A stretch of DNA of 64,000 bases, taken from NCBI RefSeq assembly GCF_009834535.1, contig NC_045698.1, forward strand, positions 9,488,001 to 9,552,000, written 5' to 3'. Source of the stretch: Camelus ferus. Its lineage: Eukaryota. Positions 27,587-39,447 of the stretch are shown piece after piece (position 1 is the stretch's first letter; each line of letters starts with the position of its first letter). Under the pieces are notes generated by a model that made no database searches, had not been told where the DNA came from, and was given only the letters and a program-made list of their open reading frames with translations. A program made the translations under genes and the position numbers.

Positions 27587-28019
27587 TGTAATGGATAGAA
27601 TAGTGTCCCTCAAAATTCCATGTCTACCCAGAAAGTTAGATTGTGGCCTTATTTGGAATAAGCATCCTTGCTATGTATGTAGGGTCAGGATCTTGGGGTG
27701 AGATCATCTAAGATTATCTTGGGGGCCGTCAGTCTTACGATGAGTGTCCCTAGAGGAGACAAGAGAAAATACACAGAGGGAGAGACCATGGACAGACAGA
27801 GGGAGGGACTGGAGGTATGCAACTACAAGCCAAGGACGCAAAAGCTGCCAGCAGCTACCAGGCATGGAGCAATTCTCCCTTCTAGGATCCAGAAAGAATT
27901 CCTGCCCATTCCTTAATTTCAGATGTTGCCCTTTCAGAACTGTAGGACAATAAATTTCTGTTGTTTTAAGCCACTTAGTTTGTGATAATTTGATATGGCG
28001 ACCCTAGGAAACTGATACA
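27587..28019 (+). mobile_element. MaLR solo LTR (MLT1B/C-like)
   Basis: tgtaatggatagaatagtgtccctcaaaattc...acaagccaagga...aataaatttctgttgttttaagccac...ctaggaaactgataca; 5-bp TSD tcatc/ttatc. Confidence 0.9.
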
Positions 28020-28862
28020 TTATCAAATGGTGGTGGTAGTTTCCTAATGTAGACAAAATTTCTAGGTTGCTGAGAGATGAGAAAAAAGATAAGATCTCTT
28101 TTTAAGTCACAATAAAATATATATTATGAGGACACAATGAAAAACTTGGTTATGAAATAAAAAATCACCTGAACGTCCTGTATCAAACTTATAAGAATTT
28201 TTATAAGCTTGGGATAGCTCTCCATCATGAATTTATTTATGATTTGAAATATCCTCCGGACTCACTCTTTTCCACAATGAAACTAGAATAACTATTGTAT
28301 TTCCATGAAGCTGATTTTCTTGTGTCCCATCTTTAATTCCAAGTTTCCTCAGGCTTAAAATAAATGATACTTAATTCAAAGGCAAGATTGTATTCTTATG
28401 ACACCAGCATCGTCTTATAATGTCCTATATCAGTGCTCATTAAGTTAATTGAACATCTGCCTGTTGAAAACAATTAAAAGTAATTCTTTACCAGGATTGT
28501 TTCTGAAACAAGATAATTGTGAAGGTAGGTTTGTTAATATTACTATTAAGAGATATGTTTTATTATTGTTAATAATAAACTTCTTATTAAAAGTTAATAC
28601 TAAGTCCTAATATTTTGATTTATCCTACTGTTGGCTTTTGTTTTCTATACTGTGTGAAACTAGAGAAGATATGATGCTGGTTCAGGCTAACCATTACCTG
28701 TAAGCTATGCAAATCCAAATGTGGGCAAAAATTTAAACAGTTATTTCCAGACGACCAACCTATAGTTGCAAGGTAATAATAGAAGTTACTCTGTACTCAG
28801 ATCTTTCAAACTCTGTCCTCTGTACCAGAAAAGGAAAAGAAAGGGAAAGAAAATGAAAGCTT

Positions 28863-29730
28863 ATAATGGCCAAAATCCAGAACACCGACAACACCAAATG
28901 TTGGCAATGATGTGAAGCAACAGGAAATCTCATTCATTGCTGGCAGTAATGCAAAATGGGATAACCACTCTGGAAGACAGTTTGATGGTGTGTTTGTTTG
29001 TTTTTGAAACACTGAAAGCACTCTTACCAAACAATCCAGCAATTGTGTTCCTTGGTATTTGCTCAAAGGGATTGAAAACATGTCTCACAAAAACCTTCAG
29101 ACAGATATTTATAGCAGCTTTATTCATAACTGCCAGAACTTGGAAGCAACCAAGATGTCCTTCAGTCAGCCAATGGCTAAATGAATTTTGTGGTATCTCC
29201 AGACAATGGAATATTATTCAACTCTAAAGAGAAATTAATAATTAAGGCATGAGGAGAAATGGAGGGAACTTAAATGCATATTAATGGAATTAATGGAAAT
29301 GGAGACTTAAAATGCTACATACCATATGATTCCAACTATATGATATTTGGGGAAAAGTAAAACTATGAAGACAGTAAATAGATCAGTAGTCATGAGGGGT
29401 TAGGGGAGTGGGATAAGTAAGTGGAACATGAAGGATTTTCAGAGCAGTTAAAATACTCTGTATGATACTATAATGATGAATACATGCTGTTATACATTTG
29501 TCTAAACCCACAGGTATACAAGACCAAGAGTGAACCCTAATGTAACGTATGGACTTTGGGTGATAAGGATGTGTCATTGTAGATTCATCAGTTGTAATTA
29601 AAATACTACTTTGGTGTGAGATGTTGATAATGGAGGAGGCTATGCATGTGTGGAGGTGGGAGGTATGTGGGAAATCTCTATCTTCTGCTCAATTTTGCTC
29701 TAAAAAATAAAGTCTATTAAAAGTAAATAA
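28863..29730 (+). mobile_element. 5'-truncated LINE-1 (L1MC1/2-like)
   Basis: aatggccaaaatccagaacaccgacaacaccaaatg...; ORF 28937-29227 contains FIAALFITARTWKQPRCPS; 3' end ctcaattttgctctaaaaaataaagtctattaaaa. Confidence 0.9.
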
Positions 29731-30044
29731 ACAAGGGCTATGTGTATTGGGTGCTGCTGCACAGGTTCTCTAGGTTTTCTAACAACTACGATTTTTCTCT
29801 AACTCTTGTTGGGTACCATGCTTTTAGGTTTTTATGGTAATCCTCCTTGGCTGCCCAGAGCCTGTGCAGAATCCTCATGCCACTCAGAGAATTTATATAT
29901 TATATATTGTTGCTACTTCTGCTAAGGTTGCCAGGAGCAACAGGACACAGGCTTCACCCATCTTTGGGGGTCATGGGATAGGAACATGAGAAGTTCTAAA
30001 ATCTCTGTATCCTTGGCTGAATTAAGAGCCATGGGGTCCTACAT

Positions 30045-30810
30045 TGTTTCAACAATTATCTAAGCAATGATAGGCACCACTCTAAGTGTTAAGGAAATAA
30101 CTGATCAAAGGGGCCAAAGTCTCTGATCTTAAGAGGTTACCTTCAGGCTGGGATGAGACAAGGAGAACATTTTTAAGTCAGATAATACGATGATACATAA
30201 TGGTGCATGATATAAAACTAGTGAACAAAGTTTCTATTTGGTTATCTATATAGTTATATGGATAGTGAGCTTGGTGGTGAGGAAAGTAGAAGACTGAAAG
30301 AGGAGAAAATCTTGGAGCTGAGATAAAAATGATCAGGAACCAGACATGCAAAGCATATGACAGAAGAGCATTTCAGGAAAAATAAAAACAGTGCCAATCG
30401 AGGATCGGAAGAGAGGCTTGATGAAGTTGTCCTAGTATGCCAAGGGGTTTGAGGTTCTAAGTACAGTTAGAAATTATTGAAAGACTTTAAAGAGGGATTT
30501 ACATGATCTGATTTAAGGTTGTGAAATGATCACTATGATTACTCTGACTGCTGCATGGAGACAGACTATAAAGGGACAGGAAAGGAACAAAGAAAACACA
30601 CACACACACAAATAAGGGGCTATCACATATTACAGCAGTGCAGGGGAGAAATGAAGGTACCTTGAATCAGCAGTGGATGGATAGAAATGGCTAAGCTTGA
30701 CAGGTATTTTGAAGGCAGTCAATCCGACTTCTTGATAGGCTGATAGATTTGATGGGGACAGGTGGCAAGTGAAGGGAAAGGTGAGAATCCAAAATGACAC
30801 CAAGGCTGAC
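30045..30810 (-). mobile_element. LINE-2 (L2a-like) 3' portion
   Basis: ttcaacaattatctaagc...ttattgaaagactttaaagagggatttacatgatctgattta...gatcactatgatt...gagaatccaaaatgacaccaagg. Confidence 0.7.
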
Positions 30811-30890
30811 TTGAATATTTGCATCAGCACTTTCGCCTAAATGGCCTTAGGCTGCTGTTCATACCTGTTTCTTCCAATCTCAACAACACA

Positions 30891-31389
30891 TTTTGGGGAG
30901 ACAATTCTCCATGTATCTTTCACATTTCTGTACATTTTGTGGGCACTGACTACATTTATTCTGGAATATCTTTTCAAAAGTATTTGTACAGCAAAATCCT
31001 TTGAAAAAAGACAATGTGCCACTCAGGAACAAAAGACAGATTTGTTTACAATGTGGTATAATAAAGATAATGTCACCCACAGAGGCAAAAGTCAGACAGG
31101 TTTACATCCAATTATTTAAAAAAAAAAAAAAAAAAAAAGGTTCCCAAGCTCATGGCTCCTCTCTTGTAATGCAACCAGTGTGGCTTAGTCATGTTACCTG
31201 CCAATCAGGGCCCAGAGAAGCAGGGTAAATGCTGTACCCTGCATAAACTTATTGCTTTGAGTAATGAACAGTGCTTTGTCTCTGACCCAATAGCCTCATA
31301 TCTACTTGATTGATAGAGTCCATGAAACTGTGGCAGGCTCACTTGCAAGAAGAGTAAAACCTCAGATGATCCCTAGTTAGTTCTTGGTA
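30891..31389 (+). mobile_element. ERVL-class solo LTR (MER70/MER54-like), near full length
   Basis: ggggagacaattctccatg...tataataaagataatgtc...tttgtctctgaccc...ccatgaaactgtggcaggc...gttcttggta; internal A-run at 31118-31138. Confidence 0.75.
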
Positions 31390-33016
31390 TTTATCATCAG
31401 GGAAGTCTGAAGGAGACACTCTCTTTTCATGACTATGTCAGATCACAGCATTTTTCTAATGAGCTTTTCCTTATTGCTACCAGCTTTTCAGAAGCTTCAG
31501 TTACTAAGGAATAGCAACCCATCTTGCTCACCAGACATGTTGAAAGCTCTAAGGAAGTCACAATAAATGTCATCTTTATTTTTAAAAGTCTCATATCTAG
31601 ATTAATGAGTATGTGTGATAAGGATAGCTTACAGGATTGGAGGTTTGAGTCAAGAAGACAATTTAAAATATTCTTTTTAAGCCAAAAAAGATTTATCTAT
31701 AGAATTGCCTACATGATGAATTACATCTTTTATTTTTCCTTCCATAATTATAGAGAAGGGAATGTTTCCTAATTAGATGCAAAACATGTGCCTCTGGATA
31801 TAACAAGGAATCTTGATGATCTAAAGAGATGGGATGTAACATTTGATAAATGAAGGTGCACATTAAAGAAGTGGAAAGCAATAATCATTTGAGGAGGTGA
31901 GGGAGGTGGGAGGAGCTTAAAGGGAGACAAATCTAGAAAAGATGGGAGACAATGAGAGATTGAGATAGAAACCGAGGTCAGTTTTGTAGAGCAGAGTCCA
32001 CTATAAATTGGAGACAGTTACCCACTGGAACCACCTTGTTGGAGTAATTGAAGGGACTTTCCAGGAGTTCTTGAGAGGAAGCATTAAGTACTTAAGTGTG
32101 CTTAAACTGAGTGCTTTGCTACTTAAGATATTTACTCTGTATGTTGGCACAGATTCCTTACAAGGACTATGGGAGTGTGCCCAGCCAATCAGGAACACGA
32201 GTGAGAATCTAGATCAAGGGGAGAAATGGAATGTGAGGAGGACTTCTTAAATTGGATATGGAATAACAATTTTCAGTGAAACATTTTCTGGATTCCTTCT
32301 TCTATTGAATGACCAAGGTCGTTGGTTGGTTCACTTTCAAAATGGTTGGGACTAACGTGGAAATAGATGCGAAGATGAGGAAAATGAACATATCTGAGGG
32401 AAAAGGGACATTTTATATATATATATATAATCACCCACAGCTGGCATTCCTTTTTAGTGAAGCATCATCTATAACCTCTTCCATTGGATTCTAACTTCCT
32501 GGCCCTTTAAAAATATCCTCTGTGCTCTAATCATCTTCACATCCGAATTTTTAAAACAAGATACATATATAGTGAGATTCCATCTTAACAAACTTCCAAC
32601 TACAGCTTCCCACAAATATTATCTGCTGGTAGTATTTAAGGAGACACATTTCTATTTCAAGTTCAAGCATGTCAAGAATATTAGGAAAGCCACTATCAGA
32701 GGCAAACCAGAGCAAGATATATAGCAAAGCTTTTATAGATGTATATTCCATGAAATTTTAACAAAGTTCACTTTGAGAGTTTTTTTTAACCTTCCTGAAT
32801 TAAGAATGACTCATTTTTGTGGCTGAACAAATTACAAAAAGTAGGCCATACATTCTGATAAGCTTCTTGGGAAGAGTTGATAAATTTTCCCTTAATGGTC
32901 ACATTAAGTGAAATTTTTTCATTGCTATATTTCATTTCATAAATTGCAGTAAGTACATGTCTTAATTTGTCCCAACCTACTTATCTTCAGTTCTTCTATC
33001 TCAGTCATAACCTGTA

Positions 33017-34138
33017 TGTGGTAAGTGGAATTTTAAAGTGGTTTTCATGACCTTTAGGCTCTGGTGTTACTTTCATGATTTTGTTACCTGTAAGACAAAA
33101 AGAGATTATCCCAGTGGCCTTAATCTAACCACACAAGTTTTTTAAAGGCAGAGATTTCTCTGACTGGGGCACTAGAAGAACTCAGAGAAATTCGAGGCAC
33201 AAAGACCATTGCAAGTATCAGAAAGGAAGAAATGATCCTCTGCCCTTCTAGGTTCTTCTGGCTGGCTTAAAAATTCAATTGACATGAAATAGATCAACAG
33301 GAAAAAAAGCAAACAAAACTCTTTAATAGCATGTATACAGGGGAGAAACCCAGGAAAACTTAGTAATCTAACAAAAGAGCCAAAACCCTCACCTTAAATA
33401 CCATCTTCACCTAAATACAAAAGTGGGTGTTGAGGGTAGTGGTTTGGGACTCCAAAGGGGAGGAAGGCAATTCGATTGGAGAGGGAAAGCAAATGTTTGC
33501 TTGGACCAGGCAGAGACAACAGGACACAGAGTGGATTCTGATCTCTAGGCCCTGCTAGGTCTCCCCCCACAACACCTAGCCCATGTTCTTTGCAGAATCT
33601 CTAGTGATAGCTCTATTCTGGGAACACGCTCTTTATCTAAATTCTTTTAGGCAGTTAAGGAGATAATAAGGAAAGCTTCCTAAGTCTTCTGTTTCTTAAA
33701 AAAAAAAAAATCAGCTTAAATTAATCCTCATGTCAAAGAGACACATTTTGGAGTGGCAAATTTTGCTCCCCTACAGCAGCCAGATGGAGGGGACCATGTT
33801 GGGGGATGAGTTAGAGTCCTCTAGAAGGTGACAGCAGCCCCCAGCCACAGGACTAACAAGGGAAACGGAGCCCTCAGTCCTATAACTGCAAGAAACTAAT
33901 TCTACCAATAATCAGAATGATCTTGGAAACAGATTTTTTTCTCCACAGCCTCCAGTTCAGAGTTCAGCCTGCCTAATTTCTTGATTCTGATCTCATGAGA
34001 CTCTAAACAAAGGACCCATCTGAGTCCTTAGGTCAGCCTAGACTTCTGATCTACAAAACACTGATAACAGTCAATGTGTGTAGGTTTAAGATACTAAGTT
34101 TATGGTAATTTGTTACACAAAAATATAAAATTAATATA
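33017..34138 (+). mobile_element. MaLR LTR (MLT1E-like), split by the LTR at 33216-33775
   Basis: 5' half tgtggtaagtggaattttaaag...gagattatcccagtggccttaatctaaccac; 3' half cctcagtcctataactgcaagaaactaattctacc...ctaagtttatggtaatttgttacac. Confidence 0.85.
33216..33775 (-). mobile_element. ERV1 solo LTR, MER41-like (cetartiodactyl type)
   Basis: Minus strand starts tgtaggggagcaaaatttgccactccaaaatgtgtctctttgacatgagga, which I recall as the start of MER41-like LTRs of cow/pig/camelids; interrupts MLT1E. Confidence 0.7.
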
Positions 34139-34577
34139 GAGCCAGAAACCTAAATTAGGAAGTTATGATAATCCCTGCCAATACTATAGACAATATTGAC
34201 AAAGTAGTCTTCTGATATTTATTTTAAAAGATTTTTTTAAGTGGAATTTCTAGGCAAGGTTTGAGGCTCATATTATTTATTCTGTTCTTGCACAGTTTAT
34301 CTCACATTTTTCTGTTAGCTGTCAATGTTTTTCTTTTTTCTTCTCTTCATTGAACTGCTATTTGATAGTGAGTATCTTAGGAAACAAACAAACCTCAGTG
34401 AATGAAGAAGATAGAATTTCCAGCAATATTGTTATATTTGGCACAAAACATTTACCTCACCTTTATTCTTGGTATTCTCAGGCTCTGTGACTTGCTAGAA
34501 AAGTTCATTAAGATCAAGTCTGTTTGATACCCTGACAACAAATCAGGTGGCAGTTCCAACTGCATAGAGCAGCAGTA

Positions 34578-34800
34578 AGGCAGTGTTGCATCCTGGAAAA
34601 GCCAGTGACTTCCTCAGCGGGTCTGCCTGGCTTCCAGTCCTGGTTCTGCCAGTTATTTACTGTGTGACCTTGAGCAAGTGATAGTGTGTTTCTTTTCTTC
34701 AAAATCAAGAGAGATAGAGTATCTATCTAATAAAAGGTGTTATAAAGATAAAAAATATTTTAGATACTTCCTGGAATATAGTGAATGCTCACTAAATTTT
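34578..34800 (+). mobile_element. MIR SINE
   Basis: ctgcctggcttccagtcctggttctgccagttatttactgtgtgaccttgagcaagtga...cctggaatatagtgaatgctcactaaat. Confidence 0.85.
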
Positions 34801-35019
34801 ATAATGTTTAAAGGAGAGCTACGCAAGGCTAATGGCAGCTCGGAAGCAACATATTTGATTCTTGACAACTTCTACCAATGTGTTAACCAGTATTTCTTTT
34901 ATCTTCCCTCTTTTTGTGGATACCTTCCACCATTTTCCAAGTTAGCCAAACTCAAAGCTTCAGAGTCATCTGAAGCAAAACTTTTAAAGTTGAATATCTT
35001 CTGCTTGACCTCTGATTGG

Positions 35020-35475
35020 TCCTATATGTTTCTATTACAGCAGTTTATAAGAGAGATGCTTGTACAAAATTTGGAGGGGGGAAGCAAAGGAGCAGCCGGA
35101 TTTAGCTCCTGTATGCTGTCACTGGCCTGCTGACTCACACCATTGGCGTGAGGAGCAGCTGGGGCTGCAACTGCTCCATCCTCCCCTGGATCCTACTTTG
35201 GCTTCTCCAACTCTTGGCCCACGAGTGCGTGTTTAGCTTCATGAGCCTCAGCTCCCACAGGAGACCCATTCCACCTAGGGCAGAGGCAAAAAGGGCTGAC
35301 ACACGTTTCAGTCCCCTCTGGTGGGGTCCAGCTTGTACCTGTGATTATTACCTTGTTCTCACTCTCTCCCTCCTTACCTCCAGCTTCCCATCACCGTGTG
35401 GGCTTCAACCTCCAGCATCAGACTCAAAGACAGCAGCCTTGCAGAGACTAGCTAGCTCCCATGATTGTTAGTCCT
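35020..35475 (+). mobile_element. ERVL LTR (LTR41/LTR33-like)
   Basis: GC-richer island; gagagatgcttgtacaaaatttggagg...cttcaacctccagcatcagactcaaagacagcagccttgcagagact...agctcccatgattg. Confidence 0.6.
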
Positions 35476-37374
35476 GCTGCAGAAAGGGGGAGAATTAAAG
35501 TCACCAGCATGAGACTGAATGAAAAGAAATATCAAATTAGCACCAAGAAAGCAAAAGGATGCATCTTGACTAACATATGGGAAGGCAGTTTAACTCCTGC
35601 AGGAATTTCAGAAGTGGGTGAGAAAAGGAAAGGAAGGAGATAGGATGGCACTTTGTTCTGGACAGGGTAGGCCAAGAGGCTGAGTAGGTCAGGAGAGGAA
35701 TATCTCTGTCACACATATTTCAGAGTTTTGCACAATGGCTACTTTAATAGAAATGAATAATTTTAGCCTGTATGAAAACTAATAGTTAGCAACAGCCTCA
35801 CGATCGGCATTCACATATGCATTGACACTCTTTGTGCACCCTCAGAAGCAAGGTCAAGAGGGACAAGGCTAATGAGGCAGATTCTAAGATGCTTCAGGGA
35901 TGATACTTGCCTTCCTATCAACCAAAAGGAAGGAGTGAAAATGGGGTTCAAGTTTCAGCAAAACCTTAGTTAATCAGTTGGTACTGTGGACCTTCTACTT
36001 CTCAGATGTTTCTCCTTATCATTCACAGGACTGTTTAAACCTTCTTTCCCTTCTACTTAGAAAATTCAAAGGTGAAGTTGGACTTCTGCAGTTAAGGGCG
36101 TGAAGAATGAGCTGGCAGCTAAGTAACTCAGAGATCCCCGGTTAAGTAGTAGACATCAAACAGGCCAGACCAGGGGCTTGATTGTAGGAGTGAAGGGGAG
36201 GAGGTTCAAAGTTGAAAGGGAAAATTCTCAGTGTCTTGGAAATGACCCATGGTTGTGGTAGAGAGAAGAGAGGAATAGCAGGTTGTGTTCAGGATAATGA
36301 AGTTTCTGCCTGAAGGTGGCACAAATCACTTTAGTCCAAATGTCTTTAGCCAGAGCAAGTCCACATGGCTGCTCTTGAGTCAGAAGTGCAGCAAAAGTCT
36401 TCCCAGGAAAAGTGGGGGCTGCAAAGAGGAAAGCAGACTACTTGGTAAATAATACTGAGTTCTCCAAAATCTTACCAAAGTTAGAATAAAACAAATCTAC
36501 TGTTTTGAGATCATACTGGTAATCAATCAGTCTGGTTATTTGAAGTAAGAAGAGTGTGACAGGCAAACTCTAGAATGGGTTCATTTTAACTGGCATCATA
36601 AAAGGCCTAGGAGATAACTCCACTTCAAGATTACCAAGGCAAGGTTCTCAGATTGAAGCCCTGAAACTGGTGGAAAGGTGGGGAATTAACAAAGTCATTG
36701 CTAAACAGCTTGAATCAAGATCTCAGCGTAACACCTGACCTATGTTTGTTGTCTTGTAAGGTACAAATGAAAACCAAACATACACTTGGCCTATGGGCCA
36801 CCAGTTTGCAAAATCCTAGTCTATCAATAATTACCCAGATAATATCCTGGTAATTGACTGACTCTTGCAAATAAAATGTGCAAGTAACTGTTTACCAATG
36901 TACGTAAAAAGATGGTACAAAGTTCCATGGATCTTCCACTATCAAATTGTTATGTAACCTTAAGTAAGTAACTGAAGCATTCTTTATTTCTGCTTTCAGC
37001 TTAATGACACAATAGTGTTACTGCAGTCATGGGGACGTGATGGTGTGAATATATGTCATTTTTTAGATAGCTCTTTAAGTTGGGTAGTTATTATTTTACA
37101 ATGAGGTCACAACTAGTAAATCATACTGTTATGCTACTATTAGGATGATATATAGAGTACCTGCTAGCTGTTTATGACCCTAAGGGTAGAGGAGAAACTG
37201 AACAGCTAGCATTTAACATGATAAGAGTCATCATTCAGCATTGTCCTGGTAATTCCTATATGCTCATAGCATTTGATAAAGCTTTAGACATACCCCCTAC
37301 TCTCCAGTATGTTTCCTTGAAAGGCTACCAGCAGGGTTTGTGAGAGCAAGATTCTTTTATACATATACATAACA

Positions 37375-37508
37375 TCTTTTTTTGAGATATAATTCATATA
37401 TCCTAAAATTCATCCTTTTAGACTGTACCATTTAGTCTGTTTTTAGTACATTCAGAGTTGTGCAACCATCACCACTATCTAATTCCAGAACATTTCCATT
37501 CACCACCG
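37375..37508 (-). mobile_element. Short LINE-1 3' end (L1MB-type)
   Basis: ttttttgagatataattcatatatcctaaaattcatcc...cagagttgtgcaaccatcaccactatctaattccagaacattt. Confidence 0.85.
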
Positions 37509-38409
37509 ACAGGTGATAATGATCAAGAAACAAATGTGGACATTAACAACAAAAGGAATCAATATCTAGAATCTAAATGAATCCAGAGACGCATTGAATG
37601 CAACAGGCAGAGGGGTCTGCCATCTATTTCAGGAAATGATTAAAAGTCTCCCAAGTGCCTAAGTAATCTTGGGAATTGTAGCTTCTTGCTATTTAATATA
37701 ACTTGCTGTGAAGTCTACTGACTACATCAAACGTGAAATAACATTAAATAGCAGAAACCCCATTTATAGCCCTTTGGTCCAATAGTTAGAGGTTATGGTG
37801 ACAATGCCTGTGGACTCTGATTTGTTATCTGTTGAATTTAAGATATGTTTAAAAGATGCCAGCACATCCAGTTGAAAAGTCAAATTTCATACCTAGAGAG
37901 ACTTTTTTTTATGAATTGGGGCTTATTTTGCATTACATTATGGTGAGTATACATCTCTGATGTCTCAGAGATATATATATTTTCTTGGATAAGCAACTCA
38001 CCTGAGAACAGTGTTTACTAAAGACTGACAGGTCACCATAAATCTCTGCTTGTCCATTATGGGTAGGTGGTTGCCTTAACTGAAGGAAAGGAAACAGCTT
38101 TATGTGCAAACATCTGTCAAGTGGATTAAATGAGAATCTCTGAGAGCAGACAAAGCAGCCCAGGGCACAGGGAAACTGAGAAGCGCTGCCCTCTCTAAAC
38201 CTGGAGGACCTTCCCTCTCTTTTCCACCTTCCTCTCTCTTATCTTGAAAAATCAAACCTGAAATGTTTCCCTTTCTTCACGCACATATCACAATATCCCT
38301 CCTCATTACTTAGCCACATGGATCACTCTCCCCAAAGTTTACCCGATGACATAACAAGTGTCACTGTTTAGAACTGTGCTTGACCTCCCTACCCTTCTGT
38401 ATTAATAAG

Positions 38410-39065
38410 ACATGACGCCCAATCCATTCTTGCATAAGCCTCAGACTGTTGTTATTCTTGACTCCTCTCATTCACATTTTATACCCATTCTGAGGACATC
38501 CTGCTGGTTCACCTTTACAAGAGAATCCAACCACCTCTTACCACTTCCACTGCTACCAGTCAGGTCTAAACTTGTTATCATTTCTTGCCTCCAAGTGTTT
38601 CATATTCACATATAACCTCAACCTTTGTCTATCCTGCAAACAGCAACAGAGTGATTCTATTGCACTGAAAGTTCCCAGATTATCAGTCTGTGTAACCATA
38701 GGGTCGCTCAAAATTTCTCTTGGATCTTTGCATCTCACTCAGGGAAAAAGCCAAAATAGCCTCACGATGGCCCATTAGATCTTACCTGATCTGCTCCTCC
38801 AACTACTTATCTAGTCATTTCCACTCCTACTCTCTCCCCTTTGGTCTCTCAACTCCAGCTTCATGGGCTTTCTTGCTGTTTCTTGAATTCACAGCATGTT
38901 TTTGCCTCCAGGTATTTGCACAACTGAGTCTCTCTTCCCAGGATAGTTTCCTCTAAGATATTCACATGACTCATACCCTTACTTCTTTCGGATTTTCACT
39001 ACAATGATTCCTTTTTCATAAGGTCATCTATAGCTCTTTTCCCCTAAAACAACACTCCCTATGCC
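38410..39065 (+). mobile_element. LINE-2 (L2a-like) fragment
   Basis: attcttgactcctctc...ccacctcttaccacttccactgctacc...aaaagccaaaatagcctcacgatggcc...cttgctgtttcttgaa. Confidence 0.75.
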
Positions 39066-39069
39066 TTTA

Positions 39070-39447
39070 TGTGGTCACGTTCCATAGAGTTGGGATCACA
39101 CACATGCACACAATTTGTTCTGATGCAGAGACTGATGATGCCACACAAGGACAGGACAGGCTTATTATTCACATAATGAAGCTCTCTGGGGAGAGCAGGA
39201 CCATGTTGCCAAGCAAGTCAAAAGTGGCGGGAGAGAGCAGGGAAAGGAGACTGGTTTGGTTTTCATCAATGGTGATTAGAGGGTGAGGCTCCATGAACAG
39301 GGGCTGCATGATAGATGTTCCTGCCAATAGAAGGAACATCCAGGTTTTCTCATCAGCTTGGTCAGATGTGGGACATAAGATGAGAGGGTTGCGATGGGTT
39401 TGAATGCTGTGAGCGGTAGTAATTAGCACACACTCCATGCCCTAACA
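39070..39447 (-). mobile_element. ERVL-like solo LTR (subfamily uncertain)
   Basis: tgtggtc...ccctaaca termini; antisense poly(A)-signal-like ttattattcac near left end; purine-rich plus strand. Confidence 0.5.

Noticed and set aside
28863..29730. Similarity to 60420-61240 suggesting a duplication
   Set aside because: Both are L1MC-type 3' ends with many independent differences; separate copies of one family
34678..35133. Longest ORF in the window (151 aa)
   Set aside because: Non-ATG start; spans a MIR and an LTR edge; no recognisable domain
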